Source: Octopus bimaculoides (taxonomy: Eukaryota). Taken from it: a DNA stretch of 40,695 nucleotides. The translations under genes and the position numbers were made by a program. The stretch covers positions 845,309 through 886,003 of the forward strand of contig NC_068991.1 in assembly GCF_001194135.2 (NCBI RefSeq), in the 5' to 3' direction. The notes beneath the pieces are model-generated. The model made no database searches and was not told where the DNA came from. It saw nothing but the letters and a program-made list of their open reading frames with translations. Shown piece after piece: positions 12,166 through 24,573 of this stretch (its first letter is position 1; each line of letters starts with the position of its first letter).

Positions 12166-12724
12166 TATGAAATTGGAATACACCGCACGTATTCCAGTAG
12201 CGGTAATGTAGTACGATCGTGCTGTTTGAGCGTGGTGATGTAGCTAATGTATTAGTAGAGTAACGTAGTGTGTTAGTGCTGTGGCAGTGTGACGGTAGTG
12301 TGGCGCTAGTGTGGTAGTGTAAAACCAGTGGTAGTAAAGAGTTGAATGGTTGCAGTGTGGCTCTATCTCAGCCGCGTTCCTCGATGATTGTGTCAGAGAT
12401 TGGAGGACATAACATAAATCTTCATGACATTGTTTCACTATGTTAAGCATTTCGACCGCGCCAGCGATTTGAACACACAGATGCAGAATAATAGAGACTC
12501 TCTCTCTCTCTCTCTCCCTCAGTCTTTTCTTTCCCCTTCTTCCTTTTTCTCTCTTAGTCTCCCCTTCTCCCTCTTTCTATATATAGTTCTCCATTCGAGT
12601 TATTATCTCTCTTGGCGTAAGCGTAGAACACAGACAAAACAGACAGCAACACAGGAAAGCGTAGAATATTATCATAGATAACTTTTCTGTAATCCGTGGA
12701 ATTTTCCCTTGAGTAAAATTTTTT

Positions 12725-12885
12725 CTACTATAGGCACAAGGCCTGAAATTCGACCCCAGTGTCCACCTGGTACTTATTTTATCAAACTGAAAGGCAAAGT
12801 CGACCTCGGCGGAATTTGAACTCGAACGTAAAAACAGACGAAATGCTGTTAAGTCTTTTACTCGGTGTGCTAACGCTCGCCGCTT
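12725..12885 (-). mobile_element. tRNA-derived SINE (family 1) with an intact B-box
   Basis: B-box GTTCAAATTCC at 12821-12811 followed by gccgaggtcgactttgccttt...aataagtaccag; homologous to 33685-33815. Confidence 0.8.
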
Positions 12886-13180
12886 TCAATTCATGTAAAA
12901 TATCAAAGCAAATATTGACCAGAAAAGAGGTCTTCCTCGTGATTGCTCAATGCAAACTCATGCGACAAGTGAATATATCTCTATTTGAATAGAATAGTAA
13001 TTTTTTTTGAATATTTTACTTTTATTTTGTTATTGCTTTCATTATATTAAAGTAAGGGAGACACTTAAGCCGTCACTATTGGTGACAAGGGTCCACTAGT
13101 TGCAAAAGAATTTCTGTGATCGAAGTTATGCAATGAAGTGAAATCCGCTCTAAATTGAGCATGTGTATGTGTGTGTGTGT

Positions 13181-13221
<41 letters not shown>

Positions 13222-13393
13222 CGCGCGAGTGTGCGTGTGTGCGTATGCGCACGCGTGTACGTACATGTTTTGAAAGTAATGATAATATTACTCTGCTATT
13301 TCAATTGTAATTGTGTTGTAGTCACTGTTGCTGTTGCTGTTGTTGTTGTCATTGATATTGCAGTTGTTGTTGTAACTATTTCATTGCCCCTTC

Positions 13394-13439
<46 letters not shown>

Positions 13440-14610
13440 GGGTTTCGTTGTTTTTTATCGCCGCCCCCACCACTGCGCTGCTTCCCGCCATTGCCACACA
13501 TCTTAATGAAACTGCTGTGACCGTTCCTACCGTTTATGCAAATCAGGTTCTTCCGGTTTAGTGAAGTCCCTAATTGTAGTGACTATACATACGACATCTA
13601 CATGAAAAGATTACAGGTATAAGATGAGGTTGCCATCTCTTATCGGTTTCTCAAATGAAATCCACGTCTGTTAACGAAATAATTGTTTTTCTCTCCACAT
13701 TGACATTATAAAGACATTTGTTTAAGTTTATCTGGGAGTTACAATTACGAAACACACGATGTCTGCCAGAGTATTCATTACTACAACAGATTTATTCCAC
13801 GGTATGTGCAAACTCTCGAAAACCCACGGCTTAGTGTGTCAAACATTAATTTACACGCATACGTAAACATTTACAAGCGGTATATATATATATATATATA
13901 TATATNNNNNNNNNNNNNNNNNNNNNNNNNNNNNNNNNNNNNNNNNNNNNNNNNNNNNNNNNNNNNNNNNNNNNNNNNNNNNNNNNNNNNNNNNNNNNNN
14001 NNNNNNNNNNNNNNNNNNNNNNNNNNNNNNNNNNNNNNNNNNNNNNNNNNNNNNNNNNNNNNNNNNNNNNNNNNNNNNNNNNNNNNNNNNNNNNNNNNNN
14101 NNNNNNNNNNNNNNNNNNNNNNNNNNNNNNNNNTATATATATATATATATATATATATGCATGCCTACATACATACACATACACAAGCACTATATTTATA
14201 TTTCCATATGTGTGTGTGTGTGCGTAAGTGATGGTGGTGGTGGCTTTAGTGGAACTATCGTTGGTGATGCCGATGGTGCTTGTGATACTGTGATATTGGT
14301 GGTTATGGCGACAGTGATAGACGTGGTGGCGGCAGTGGTGGGGTTGTGGATTGTGTTTACTGATGATGACGACGATGATGATGACGATGATGATGATGTT
14401 CTTACCATTGATCGTAATGGTAGCGATGGTGCTGGTCGTGCTGGTTTTCTATAGTGCTCGTTGTAATGGTGGTGGTGGAGGTGATGGCCGGGGGCAGCGG
14501 TGGCGGTGGCGGTGATGTTGTTGATGCTGGTTGTTGTCATGGTGATGGTGGTGATGTTACTCGTCTGCATAACAGACAACGATGTGCTGACTGATGCCAG
14601 AGACCTGATA

Positions 14611-14675
14611 ACTTACCTGGCTGAATAATTAATTACTGAGCGAGTCCCCGCCCACTTTAGCTGTCGTCCAATCAT
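14611..14675 (-). promoter_or_regulatory. Candidate promoter with a short first exon and splice donor
   Basis: CCAATCA (14668), GGGCGGGG (14653-14646), TCAGT Inr-like (14639-14635), then CAG|GTAAGT donor at 14617/14616. Confidence 0.3.
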
Positions 14676-14959
14676 TACAGCCGTCGTAGCGATGACCGTG
14701 GCATTGAACCCAGCTTCAATCCCTGCTGGCAGCAGCGACATCTGTAGTCGAGCAGCAACATTAGTCCAAGAATTGCCGTTATTAGTTCTTTCTTTGAAAC
14801 GGTCTTGAAATATGGGGGGGGGGGCGTGCAGAGAGACGGGAGGTGAGGGTGTTGATGCCTCTCAAGAACGTCAATGCGTTGATGGCATCGTGGTTAGACC
14901 GACGTTACTAATTTTTATGATTTCTGTCGGGGCTGGAGGCTATATTCGATGACAGTCAG

Positions 14960-15510
14960 CCCCAGCGTTCAAATGGCGCTTTATTTCATTGACCCCCGAA
15001 AGGATCAGAGGCNNNNNNNNNNNNNNNNNNNNNNNNNNNNNNNNNNNNNNNNNNNNNNNNNNNNNNNNNNNNNNNNNNNNNNNNNNNNNNNNNNNNNNNN
15101 NNNNNNNNNNNNNNNNNNNNNNNNNNNNNNNNNNNNNNNNNNNNNNNNNNNNNNNNNNNNNNNNNNNNNNNNNNNNNNNNNNNNNNNNNNNNNNNNNNNN
15201 NNNNNNNNNNNNNNNNNNNNNNNNNNNNNNNNNNNNNNNNNNNNNNNNNNNNNNNNNNNNNNNNNNNNNNNNNNNNNNNNNNNNNNNNNNNNNNNNNNNN
15301 NNNNNNNNNNNNNNNNNNNNNNNNNNNNNNNNNNNNNNNNNNNNNNNNNNNNNNNNNNNNGGCTTCAAATTTTGGCTGAGGCTCAACAGTCTTTGACGGG
15401 AAGAGAAAGGTCGATCATATCGTCCCCGATGCTTCAATGGCCCTTTATTTGACCGACCCGGACTGAACGAAGGGCAAATTCAATATTGGCCGAATTAAAA
15501 GCAGAACGCC
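14960..15510 (-). mobile_element. SINE family 1 fragments flanking the 15013-15360 gap
   Basis: ttatttcattgacccccgaaaggat and aaaggtcgatcatatcgtcccc...tttatttgaccgacccggactgaacgaagggcaaa resemble the family 1 body. Confidence 0.45.
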
Positions 15511-15549
15511 AGCAGCCGCTGCAAAAATAATGATAATAATAACGATTAA

Positions 15550-15575
15550 GGTGGTGATGGTGGTGATGATGATGG

Positions 15576-15639
<64 letters not shown>

Positions 15640-15660
15640 ACAGCAACAACAAAATCATCA

Positions 15661-15707
<47 letters not shown>

Positions 15708-15780
15708 TATTATTATTATTATTATTATTATTATTGTTGTTGTTTTTGTTATCATCATCCTCATCATCATTAACATTATA
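15550..15780. repeat. (GAT)n, (AAT)n and (ATT)n compound microsatellite
   Basis: Direct reading. Confidence 0.92.
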
Positions 15781-16248
15781 ATAAAAAACGACGGTACAAT
15801 ACGAATGTAACGAACCGTTATAGAGGCATGCACTCCACAACATCCCTATCTAAACACGTTACTCTCTAAATCTAACCCTTCCTCTTGGAATGCAACGGCA
15901 GTAGCAGCAGCAGCAGCAGCAGAGCAACGTCAACAGTGCAGCAGAATTAGTAGGAGAGCAATGCAACGTAAAGGATGCAGTTGCAACAGTACCAAGTCTA
16001 TTGTTGAGGCTGCAAGTGCACCACAGGTGGCGCTAGTGCAGGTGGTGGTGGTGGTGGCGGCGGGGGACACCGCTGTGACAGTAGTAGTAGTAGTAGTAGT
16101 CGTAGTGAACGTGGCGAACCAGTACACGTGTGTCACCGTCCACACGCCTGTTTCAACGACGACTTCCGGTGTCATGTGTCTTCCAGTGTGTGTGTGTGTG
16201 TGTGTGTGTGCCAGTGTTTATATTTAGGTACATGCATGTGTAGTATGC

Positions 16249-16411
16249 ATATACACACATAATCTATGTATGGGTATGTCTGCGTATGTATGCACATACG
16301 GACCTGTGCATATAGATGCATTCCTATATATATATATATAGGAATGCATTAATATGCATACTTACGTATGTGCATACATACGCAGACATACCCATACATA
16401 GATTATGTGTG

Positions 16412-16416
<5 letters not shown>
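16249..16416. repeat. 168-bp near-perfect palindrome centred on (TA)8
   Basis: 16249-16300 is the exact reverse complement of 16365-16416 (52 bp). The inner 16316-16349 is a perfect 34-bp palindrome on the same axis. The 84 pairs contain only 4 mismatches and 2 G.T pairs. Confidence 0.92.
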
Positions 16417-16469
<53 letters not shown>

Positions 16470-17534
16470 TGCGTGCACGTTTATGTGCGTACGTGTATAT
16501 GTATAAAAATAGAAAGTTATACACTCACCTACATACGTATAAACATAGAGAGCTGCACAAGCGCGCGCGCACACAGACACACAGATACATACATGCATCC
16601 ACACACACACATAACCGTAAGTATATGTGTGTACATCTGTGTATGCACGTATGTGTTTATGCATATATATGTACATACGAATGCATATATATGTGTATAT
16701 ATATGTATATATATGTGTATATATATATATATATANNNNNNNNNNNNNNNNNNNNNNNNNNNNNNNNNNNNNNNNNNNNNNNNNNNNNNNNNNNNNNNNN
16801 NNNNNNNNNNNNNNNNNNNNNNNNNNNNNNNNNNNNNNNNNNNNNNNNNNNNNNNNNNNNNNNNNNNNNNNNNNNNNNNNNNNNNNNNNNNNNNNNNNNN
16901 NNNNNNNNNNNNNNNNNNNNNNNNNNNNNNNNNNNNNNNNNNNNNNNNNNNNNNNNNNNNNNNNNNNNNNNNNNNNNNNNNNNNNNNNNNNNNNNNNNNN
17001 NNNNNNNNNNNNNNNNNNNNNNNNNNNNNNNNNNNNNNNNNNNNNNNNNNNNNNNNNNNNNNNNNNNNNNNNNNNNNNNNNNNNNNNNNNNNNNNNNNNN
17101 NNNNNNNNNNNNNNNNNNNNNNNNNNNNNNNNNNNNNNNNNNNNNNNNNNNNNNNNNNNNNNNNNNNNNNNNNNNNNNNNNNNNNNNNNNNNNNNNNNNN
17201 NNNNNNNNNNNNNNNNNNNNNNNNNNNNNNNNNNNNNTATATATATATATATATATATGTATGCATATATGCATGCACAGACATAGACCAAAGAATGTAT
17301 AGATTAATTCATGTACACATCAGCACATCTATACGATATACGTATGTATTAACACTTATATAGTGGAACACACGTGTATACATCACATGTATACAACACC
17401 TGTATACTCCAGCACATGTATATAGCAACACGTGTATTGAGCCACACTCAGTCACACTCTTGACAAGAGACGAGCAGAGCTCGTTGTATGTTTGCATATT
17501 CTGTGCCGAAGGAGGCGTAGAGTGGTGTATTTTA

Positions 17535-17535
17535 G

Positions 17536-17631
<96 letters not shown>

Positions 17632-17713
17632 GGATGGATGGATGGATTGTTGGAGACAGACAGATTGACAGATTGACAGAAAGACAAACAGACAGGCAGA
17701 CAGACAGACAGAC

Positions 17714-17770
<57 letters not shown>
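17535..17770. repeat. (GATA)n(GA)n(GGAT)n(GACA)n(GATA)n compound microsatellite
   Basis: Direct reading. Confidence 0.92.
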
Positions 17771-17771
<1 letters not shown>

Positions 17772-17822
17772 TGAATTCTTTATTACCAAAGTAACACAAG
17801 ATAAGTTTGTGATATGCTAGAT

Positions 17823-18131
17823 CAGGGCGGGCCAACTTGAGGCTCGCAGACTTTTCTCTTGCGGCCTGCTTGATACGTTCTTGAAATGGGTTTACTTAAA
17901 CATTTTAAAAATTTTATCAAAAATTAAAGATTGCAATGTAAAGTAAAAAAAAAAGATACTAGTATTTTAGCAACGATAATATTTCATGTTGACTCAACGA
18001 TCATTCATTCATTATTGTAATAATAACACGAGAAAGCAAAATGCTTTCAATTCTGTCAGTACACAAGCGGCCCTCAAAAAACTTTCTGTGATTAAAGTGG
18101 CTCGCAACGTAGTTTGAGTTGCCTAGGCATG
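17823..18131. mobile_element. hAT (Charlie/Buster-like) MITE, 309 bp
   Basis: Perfect 8-bp TSD TGCTAGAT at 17815-17822 and 18132-18139, with a central TA. Imperfect 15-bp TIRs CAGGGCGGGCCAACT and CATGCCTAGGCAACT (9/15). Subterminal GCGGCC/GGCTCGC motifs. Confidence 0.85.
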
Positions 18132-18539
18132 TGCTAGATGAAGGTCCAGTGTAATGGAGTGAATACGGAGTTGGCAGGGAAATGAACAACTTGAAAAACA
18201 CGAGTCACCGCCAAAGCTAAAATCCTACAGTCTGTATGTATGTATGTATGTATGTATGTATGTATGTGTTTGTGACGAGTGGGTAGGTTGTACTTAATAC
18301 CACTACTTCTAAAAGAGCGAGAAAACTTATTACGGGTTGTTTGTAGAGTCAAAAATGTTATTTGACAGGATTGAAAGGTTTAATACGTCACTCCGGTCAG
18401 TGAAACAAGGGTAACATGCATTGCTGAGAAATATTACATTAGTATAACTTATTTCTTCTGTAATAACAAATATAATAAAAGATGATGATGATGAGGAGGA
18501 GTATGTGGGCATGCGCTGTAACAGTGCATCACTGCATCC

Positions 18540-18760
18540 ACCATTCGTTAGCAATTCCCTACTCCTGACAGACGACGCCTTTGCAACCATTCAGGTGACA
18601 ACTCTCCAACCCAGGGATCCCTTTTAAGTAGTCGTTGCTGGTGAGTCTTACGAGGTCGGAGTACAGATCCTACCTCAACCTCATTTTGTCGCCTTTTTAC
18701 GACACACAGAGGATACGTTGGGTCTATTCCTTGGCATGCCGGCCCCCACACAGCACTGAG
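18540..18760 (-). mobile_element. GC-richer interspersed repeat, possibly a non-LTR retrotransposon 5' UTR
   Basis: Contains cctctgtgtgtcgtaaaaaggcgac, resembling a GTCGTAAGAGGCGAC motif I recall from RTE-type 5' UTRs; assignment is from memory only. Confidence 0.4.
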
Positions 18761-20168
18761 CAATGTGAAATGTAATACACAGAACGTTAAGTCAATTCGT
18801 GTGAGGTAGTAGAGCAGTTATGTTCATAGGGAGACGTTGTGAAAGGACAAAAACAGAAATTGAAATTCCATCAAACTTCAATGTTAGGGCCATGGCATAA
18901 ACCGATTTTAGTGAAAGTGTTTATGAAATTCTAGTTTCGTGTCTGAAATATAAATAAATAAATAATATTTCAGATGTTGCGGGGNNNNNNNNNNNNNNNN
19001 NNNNNNNNNNNNNNNNNNNNNNNNNNNNNNNNNNNNNNNNNNNNNNNNNNNNNNNNNNNNNNNNNNNNNNNNNNNNNNNNNNNNNNNNNNNNNNNNNNNN
19101 NNNNNNNNNNNNNNNNNNNNNNNNNNNNNNNNNNNNNNNNNNNNNNNNNNNNNNNNNNNNNNNNNNNNNNNNNNNNNNNNNNNNNNNNNNNNNNNNNNNN
19201 NNNNNNNGGGGGGTGATGTGGAAGAGAAACATTGCGCTGTCCAAGGAGGAAGAAAGGGATTAAAATGCCGCATCTGTAAATATACAACAACCTAGGCTAC
19301 AAAACATTAGGGACCACATTCGTCTCCAATTAACAAATAAATCTTGGTTTTTACATTTTTAATCACTAAGATTAATTAAACTGAGTTAATTAGCATTTTA
19401 CGGTATATTTTGTAGACATAAAACAGAACACCTCACAAAATTTGTAGACAAAGATTATAAAGAATAATCTAAGAGCCAATGAGATATCTGTGATTACTAA
19501 AGCTAATTAATCTGACTTAATTATTGTTTAATAGAATATTTTATCAACAATACTTGAGATATTTTGTGTTCCGTATTGGGGAGTCAAACATGTGTTTCTG
19601 TGTGAGTTTGTTCCGTATTGTACGATAGACAATTGTTTACTTACAGTTTAACTAAAAACAACCATCTCTAGGTCAGTTTAGTTTTAAAAAGCCACCCCTG
19701 TAGTTAAACCTGGCATCTTTAAATATTTACTTGTCTCGTCTGTAACCGAAGTTGCACATCGAGAATATCAAATCGTCTACAATAACTATTAAATCAATTG
19801 TCTCGTTTGCCGGGAACCGATATTACCTTTTTAAAGTGTATTTCTTATCAATTCCTTTTTGAAATGTTCCAATGGAAATTCCCGTAAATTTCAATATGGT
19901 AAATTATATTTATCCATTAACAAAACAGAATTTCGAACCTGAAGGGAATTACTCGTTTAATGAACATAAGTAAAAATGAGACCAGCTGTGATATTGGGCG
20001 GTACAATCAACATTTTCTATCACAACATGGAAGTTTATAGAAAACCTCATCTTTCATCTTTTTCAGATAATTAGAAGTTTTCTCCTGCTCTTGGATTGCA
20101 AAGGCGTAGCCTTCTAGGGAAGATGTGACGTATCTGTTACAAGTCCACGGAAACCTACTCTACCTTCC

Positions 20169-20169
<1 letters not shown>

Positions 20170-20199
<30 letters not shown>

Positions 20200-20681
20200 T
20201 GTATGTATGTATGTATGTCATTGTTCAGTTTTATTTCAAGATTTCTTGCCAATAGAAAGAGCCGGTTTCTAATCTAGATTCAAGGCTCCTTCATTGAAAT
20301 TTCAACAACAAGGTATTTTTGTATGTATGTATGTATGTATGTATGTATGTATGTATGTATGTATGTATGTTTGTATGTATGTATGCGTATGTGCAGACTT
20401 GTATGTTTTGCTTTATGTACGTATTTTCACGTATATAGTTGCATATCTAGACATGCTTATACATATTTAAATGATAAACTTCTGGAAAGTCTTACAGATT
20501 GTTACTGTTCCAGTGATAGACTGGATCTGTAATCTTCGAGAGGCCTAATTTCTCAAGATTGGTATTTAGACAATGTGTTACATATCCTAACGCTCCAATA
20601 ATTACAGGTATAAACCTGAACTTGTAATCTGGATGGAGTGACTGCAGATTTCTCAACAGTTCAACGTAGTTATTCTTGTAT
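20170..20681 (-). mobile_element. 3' end of an RLE-type (restriction-like endonuclease) non-LTR retrotransposon, with 3' UTR and (CATA)n tail
   Basis: YKNNYVELLRNLQSLHPDYKFRFIPVIIGALG...NLEKLG, then (frameshift) SITGTVTICKTFQKFII* with the stop at 20469-20467. The UTR ends aataaaactgaacaatga(cata)n. The upstream part is lost in the gap. Confidence 0.8.
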
Positions 20682-21033
20682 NNNNNNNNNNNNNNNNNNN
20701 NNNNNNNNNNNNNNNNNNNNNNNNNNNNNNNNNNNNNNNNNNNNNNNNNNNNNNNNNNNNNNNNNNNNNNNNNNNNNNNNNNNNNNNNNNNNNNNNNNNN
20801 NNNNNNNNNNNNNNNNNNNNNNNNNNNNNNNNNNNNNNNNNNNNNNNNNNNNNNNNNNNNNNNNNNNNNNNNNNNNNNNNNNNNNNNNNNNNNNNNNNNN
20901 NNNNNNNNNNNNNNNNNNNNNNNNNNNNNNNNNNNNNNNNNNNNNNNNNNNNNNNNNNNNNNNNNNNNNNNNNNNNNNNNNNNNNNNNNNNNNNNNNNNN
21001 NNNNNNNNNNNNNNNNNNNNNNNNNNNNNNNNN

Positions 21034-21075
<42 letters not shown>

Positions 21076-21338
21076 CACACATATACACACAGACACATAT
21101 ATATACATGCATATATGTATACAGACACAAAAATGAGAGAAGAATGGGGGAGAGAGGGGGAGAGTGAGAGGTATATCCGTATTTAATCATTTCTTTATGT
21201 TTGCGCGAGTGTATGTTTATAGAGAAATATGTATGTAATTGTATTTCTGTTAGCGTAACATTTATATATATTTATATGTTAATATATTGATATCTTTTTA
21301 TGTGTAAACTGGTACTTTTAAAAACAAGAATTTTGCAC

Positions 21339-21371
<33 letters not shown>

Positions 21372-21953
21372 ATCTATAAATATATATATGTATATATATN
21401 NNNNNNNNNNNNNNNNNNNNNNNNNNNNNNNNNNNNNNNNNNNNNNNNNNNNNNNNNNNNNNNNNNNNNNNNNNNNNNNNNNNNNNNNNNNNNNNNNNNN
21501 NNNNNNNNNNNNNNNNNNNNNNNNNNNNNNNNNNNNNNNNNNNNNNNNNNNNNNNNNNNNNNNNNNNNNNNNNNNNNNNNNNNNNNNNNNNNNNNNNNNN
21601 NNNNNNNNNNNNNNNNNNNNNNNNNNNNNNNNNNNNNNNNNNNNNNNNNNNNNNNNNNNNNNNNNNNNNNNNNNNNNNNNNNNNNNNNNNNNNNNNNNNN
21701 NNNNNNNNNNNNNNNNNNNNNNNNNNNNNNNNNNNNNNNNNNNNNNNNNNNNNNNNNNNNNNNNNNNNNNNNNNNNNNNNNNNNNNNNNNNNNNNNNNNN
21801 NNNNNNNNNNNNNNNNNNNNNNNNNNNNNNNNNNNNNNNNNNNNNNNNNNNNNNNNNNNNNNNNNNNNNNNNNNNNNNNNNNNNNNNNNNNNNNNNNNNN
21901 NNNNNNNNNNNNNNNNNNNNNNNNNNNNNNNNNNNNNNNNNNNNNNNNNNNNN

Positions 21954-21992
<39 letters not shown>

Positions 21993-22234
21993 TATATACA
22001 TGCATATATATATATGCACGCACACGCACACACACACACACACACACATATATATGTTAGTGTGCAAGCGTGTGTATGTGTGTAGAAATGTATGTATGTG
22101 TGTGTGTGTGTGTGCGTGTGTGTGAATCTATGAATTAATATTTTATGCTATTCTTATTCACACATACACATATGCATACATACATACTGATATACATAGA
22201 CATAACAGAAGTAAATAGACACTCTTTTAATCAT

Positions 22235-22735
22235 TAAGATTTCATCTGAGTTTATGTTTCCCTCCCACTCCACCAGCTCTGATCAACCTTTGCTCCAAAT
22301 TGCTCCCCAAACCATCGCAGAATGGCTGCCGTGTTTCATTGTCGGCTACAATCTTTTCATATCAATTTCTTGATCACAGAATCGCCAGACCCCTCACTCG
22401 ACCACTGTCAGAAAATAGAGCAAATCCGGACTCATCAGAGAATATGACAGTGTTCCAAAATGCTAGTGGTCTCTCCACCATCTCACTGGTTCAATCTTTT
22501 CCCCGCTTTATATTTGATGGCTGAGGAAGTGGCTTCCTTCTTGCTGCTCTGCCATAGCAGCCAACTTTGTGAAGATGCCTGACAGCTTTTCTGGGACTGA
22601 CATCAATATGTTTTGCTATGTCAGAGGCCTTACAACGAGGATTATCCTCCACACTTCTCTTAGCGAAGAGTCCTGTCGGACCTGAGCGAGATGATGTGGA
22701 CCCCTTCGCCTCTTTAATGAATTGCATAATCACTC
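22235..22735 (-). mobile_element. Tc1-family transposase relic (HTH to the first half of the DDE domain)
   Basis: NPRCKASDIAKHIDVSPRKAVRHLHKVGCYGRAARRKPL; FWNTVIFSDESGFALFSDSGR; PTMKHGSHSAMVWGAI; contains frameshifts and stops. Confidence 0.9.
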
Positions 22736-23094
22736 TATTAACTATAGAAAATGGGGGAGAATGTATTCTACGATTTTAGGTTGATTAAGTCCAACTTCAG
22801 ATTGACCCACAATATGGCCTCTTAGAAATTCGGAGTTCCAAGGCTTCTTTTGTACGTGGCATGATTAAACAGTCACGATTAGAACCTGAAACATCAATAT
22901 GTCAATTAATGAAAAACAAACCTTCTGAAGTTAAAGAAAGCATGTTTATGGGATGTCTATTTACTTCTGTCATGTCTGTGTGTGTGTGTATACATATACA
23001 CATACATACATGCATATATACATACATACATACATACATACATACATGCATACACACACACACACACACANNNNNNNNNNTACATACATACATG

Positions 23095-23139
<45 letters not shown>

Positions 23140-24028
23140 GAGTAAAAGAGGCGTAAGGAGTTTATTTATAGGAAAGGTTGCGAATACAAATAAACAAAAG
23201 AATGATAGAATAGTCTTATCTTGACAGCTGTTTCGGATGAATAATAACTGGCGCCATAACTATGAATATTACGTAATAAGTCGTAGTTGTATGGAATAAC
23301 ACGAATTTTTAGAGATCCATGTTGCAAAATAATGTTATTGTCACCAGAAGATTCTGACTATTCACAAGAATCTTCTGATGAGGTGTTTATTAATATATAT
23401 GTCGATGTGAGGCTAGATAAGAAAGTTAGATTTGGGGGTAAAAAGAGAGACATTGGGGAAAATTTGGGATGCAAATGAAGGATGGAGCGTTTAAAGTGGA
23501 GGTAGAAGACTTAAGTTGACGACATCAAGAAAAAAGAGATAAAATAGAGCATAAAGAGGAAATGGGGAAGAAAAGCATTTGTTCGAGATACCTGGCGTTA
23601 AAACGCAGTCGAGGTAGAGAGAGAAGCGGGTGTTAGGTAGTGAATAGTGATCAGTTGCAGAGATAAGAAAAGAAGAGAAATGTAAAGGTGACACAAACAA
23701 TGAGCCAATCGCACAGATCATTTGAATTGTAGAGAGAGGGCGGGTGATGTTCAGATGGAGTTCATCCGAAACAGCTGTAAAGACAAAACTATTACATCAT
23801 TTCTTTCTTATCTTTATTTGCCTTTTTTTCACTTCCACATCCACTCAACAGAAATCGTTCTTATAGCTGGCTTTCTACATCAGAACTGTTTATTCTTGAT
23901 GAAGTCGTTACCATTTTAATTTTAGATTTTTCTGAACTACTAGGTGACTATACCATGCTTGCTTTAGCGTTCTTCATCACATTCTATATTTATATGCATA
24001 AATATACATACATATATACATATATACA

Positions 24029-24110
<82 letters not shown>

Positions 24111-24489
24111 NNNNNNNNNNNNNNNNNNNNNNNNNNNNNNNNNNNNNNNNNNNNNNNNNNNNNNNNNNNNNNNNNNNNNNNNNNNNNNNNNNNNNNNNNN
24201 NNNNNNNNNNNNNNNNNNNNNNNNNNNNNNNNNNNNNNNNNNNNNNNNNNNNNNNNNNNNNNNNNNNNNNNNNNNNNNNNNNNNNNNNNNNNNNNNNNNN
24301 NNNNNNNNNNNNNNNNNNNNNNNNNNNNNNNNNNNNNNNNNNNNNNNNNNNNNNNNNNNNNNNNNNNNNNNNNNNNNNNNNNNNNNNNNNNNNNNNNNNN
24401 NNNNNNNNNNNNNNNNNNNNNNNNNNNNNNNNNNNNNNNNNNNNNNNNNNNNNNNNNNNNNNNNNNNNNNNNNNNNNNNNNNNNNNNNN

Positions 24490-24573
<84 letters not shown>

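Noticed and set aside
12800-12885. tRNA gene suggested by the B-box GTTCAAATTCC
   Set aside because: No cloverleaf, and the sequence continues into a SINE body, so it is a SINE head.
22428-22439. CTGATGAGTCC on the minus strand as a hammerhead core
   Set aside because: It encodes the SDES catalytic motif of the Tc1 transposase relic, and no GAAA/helix III follows.
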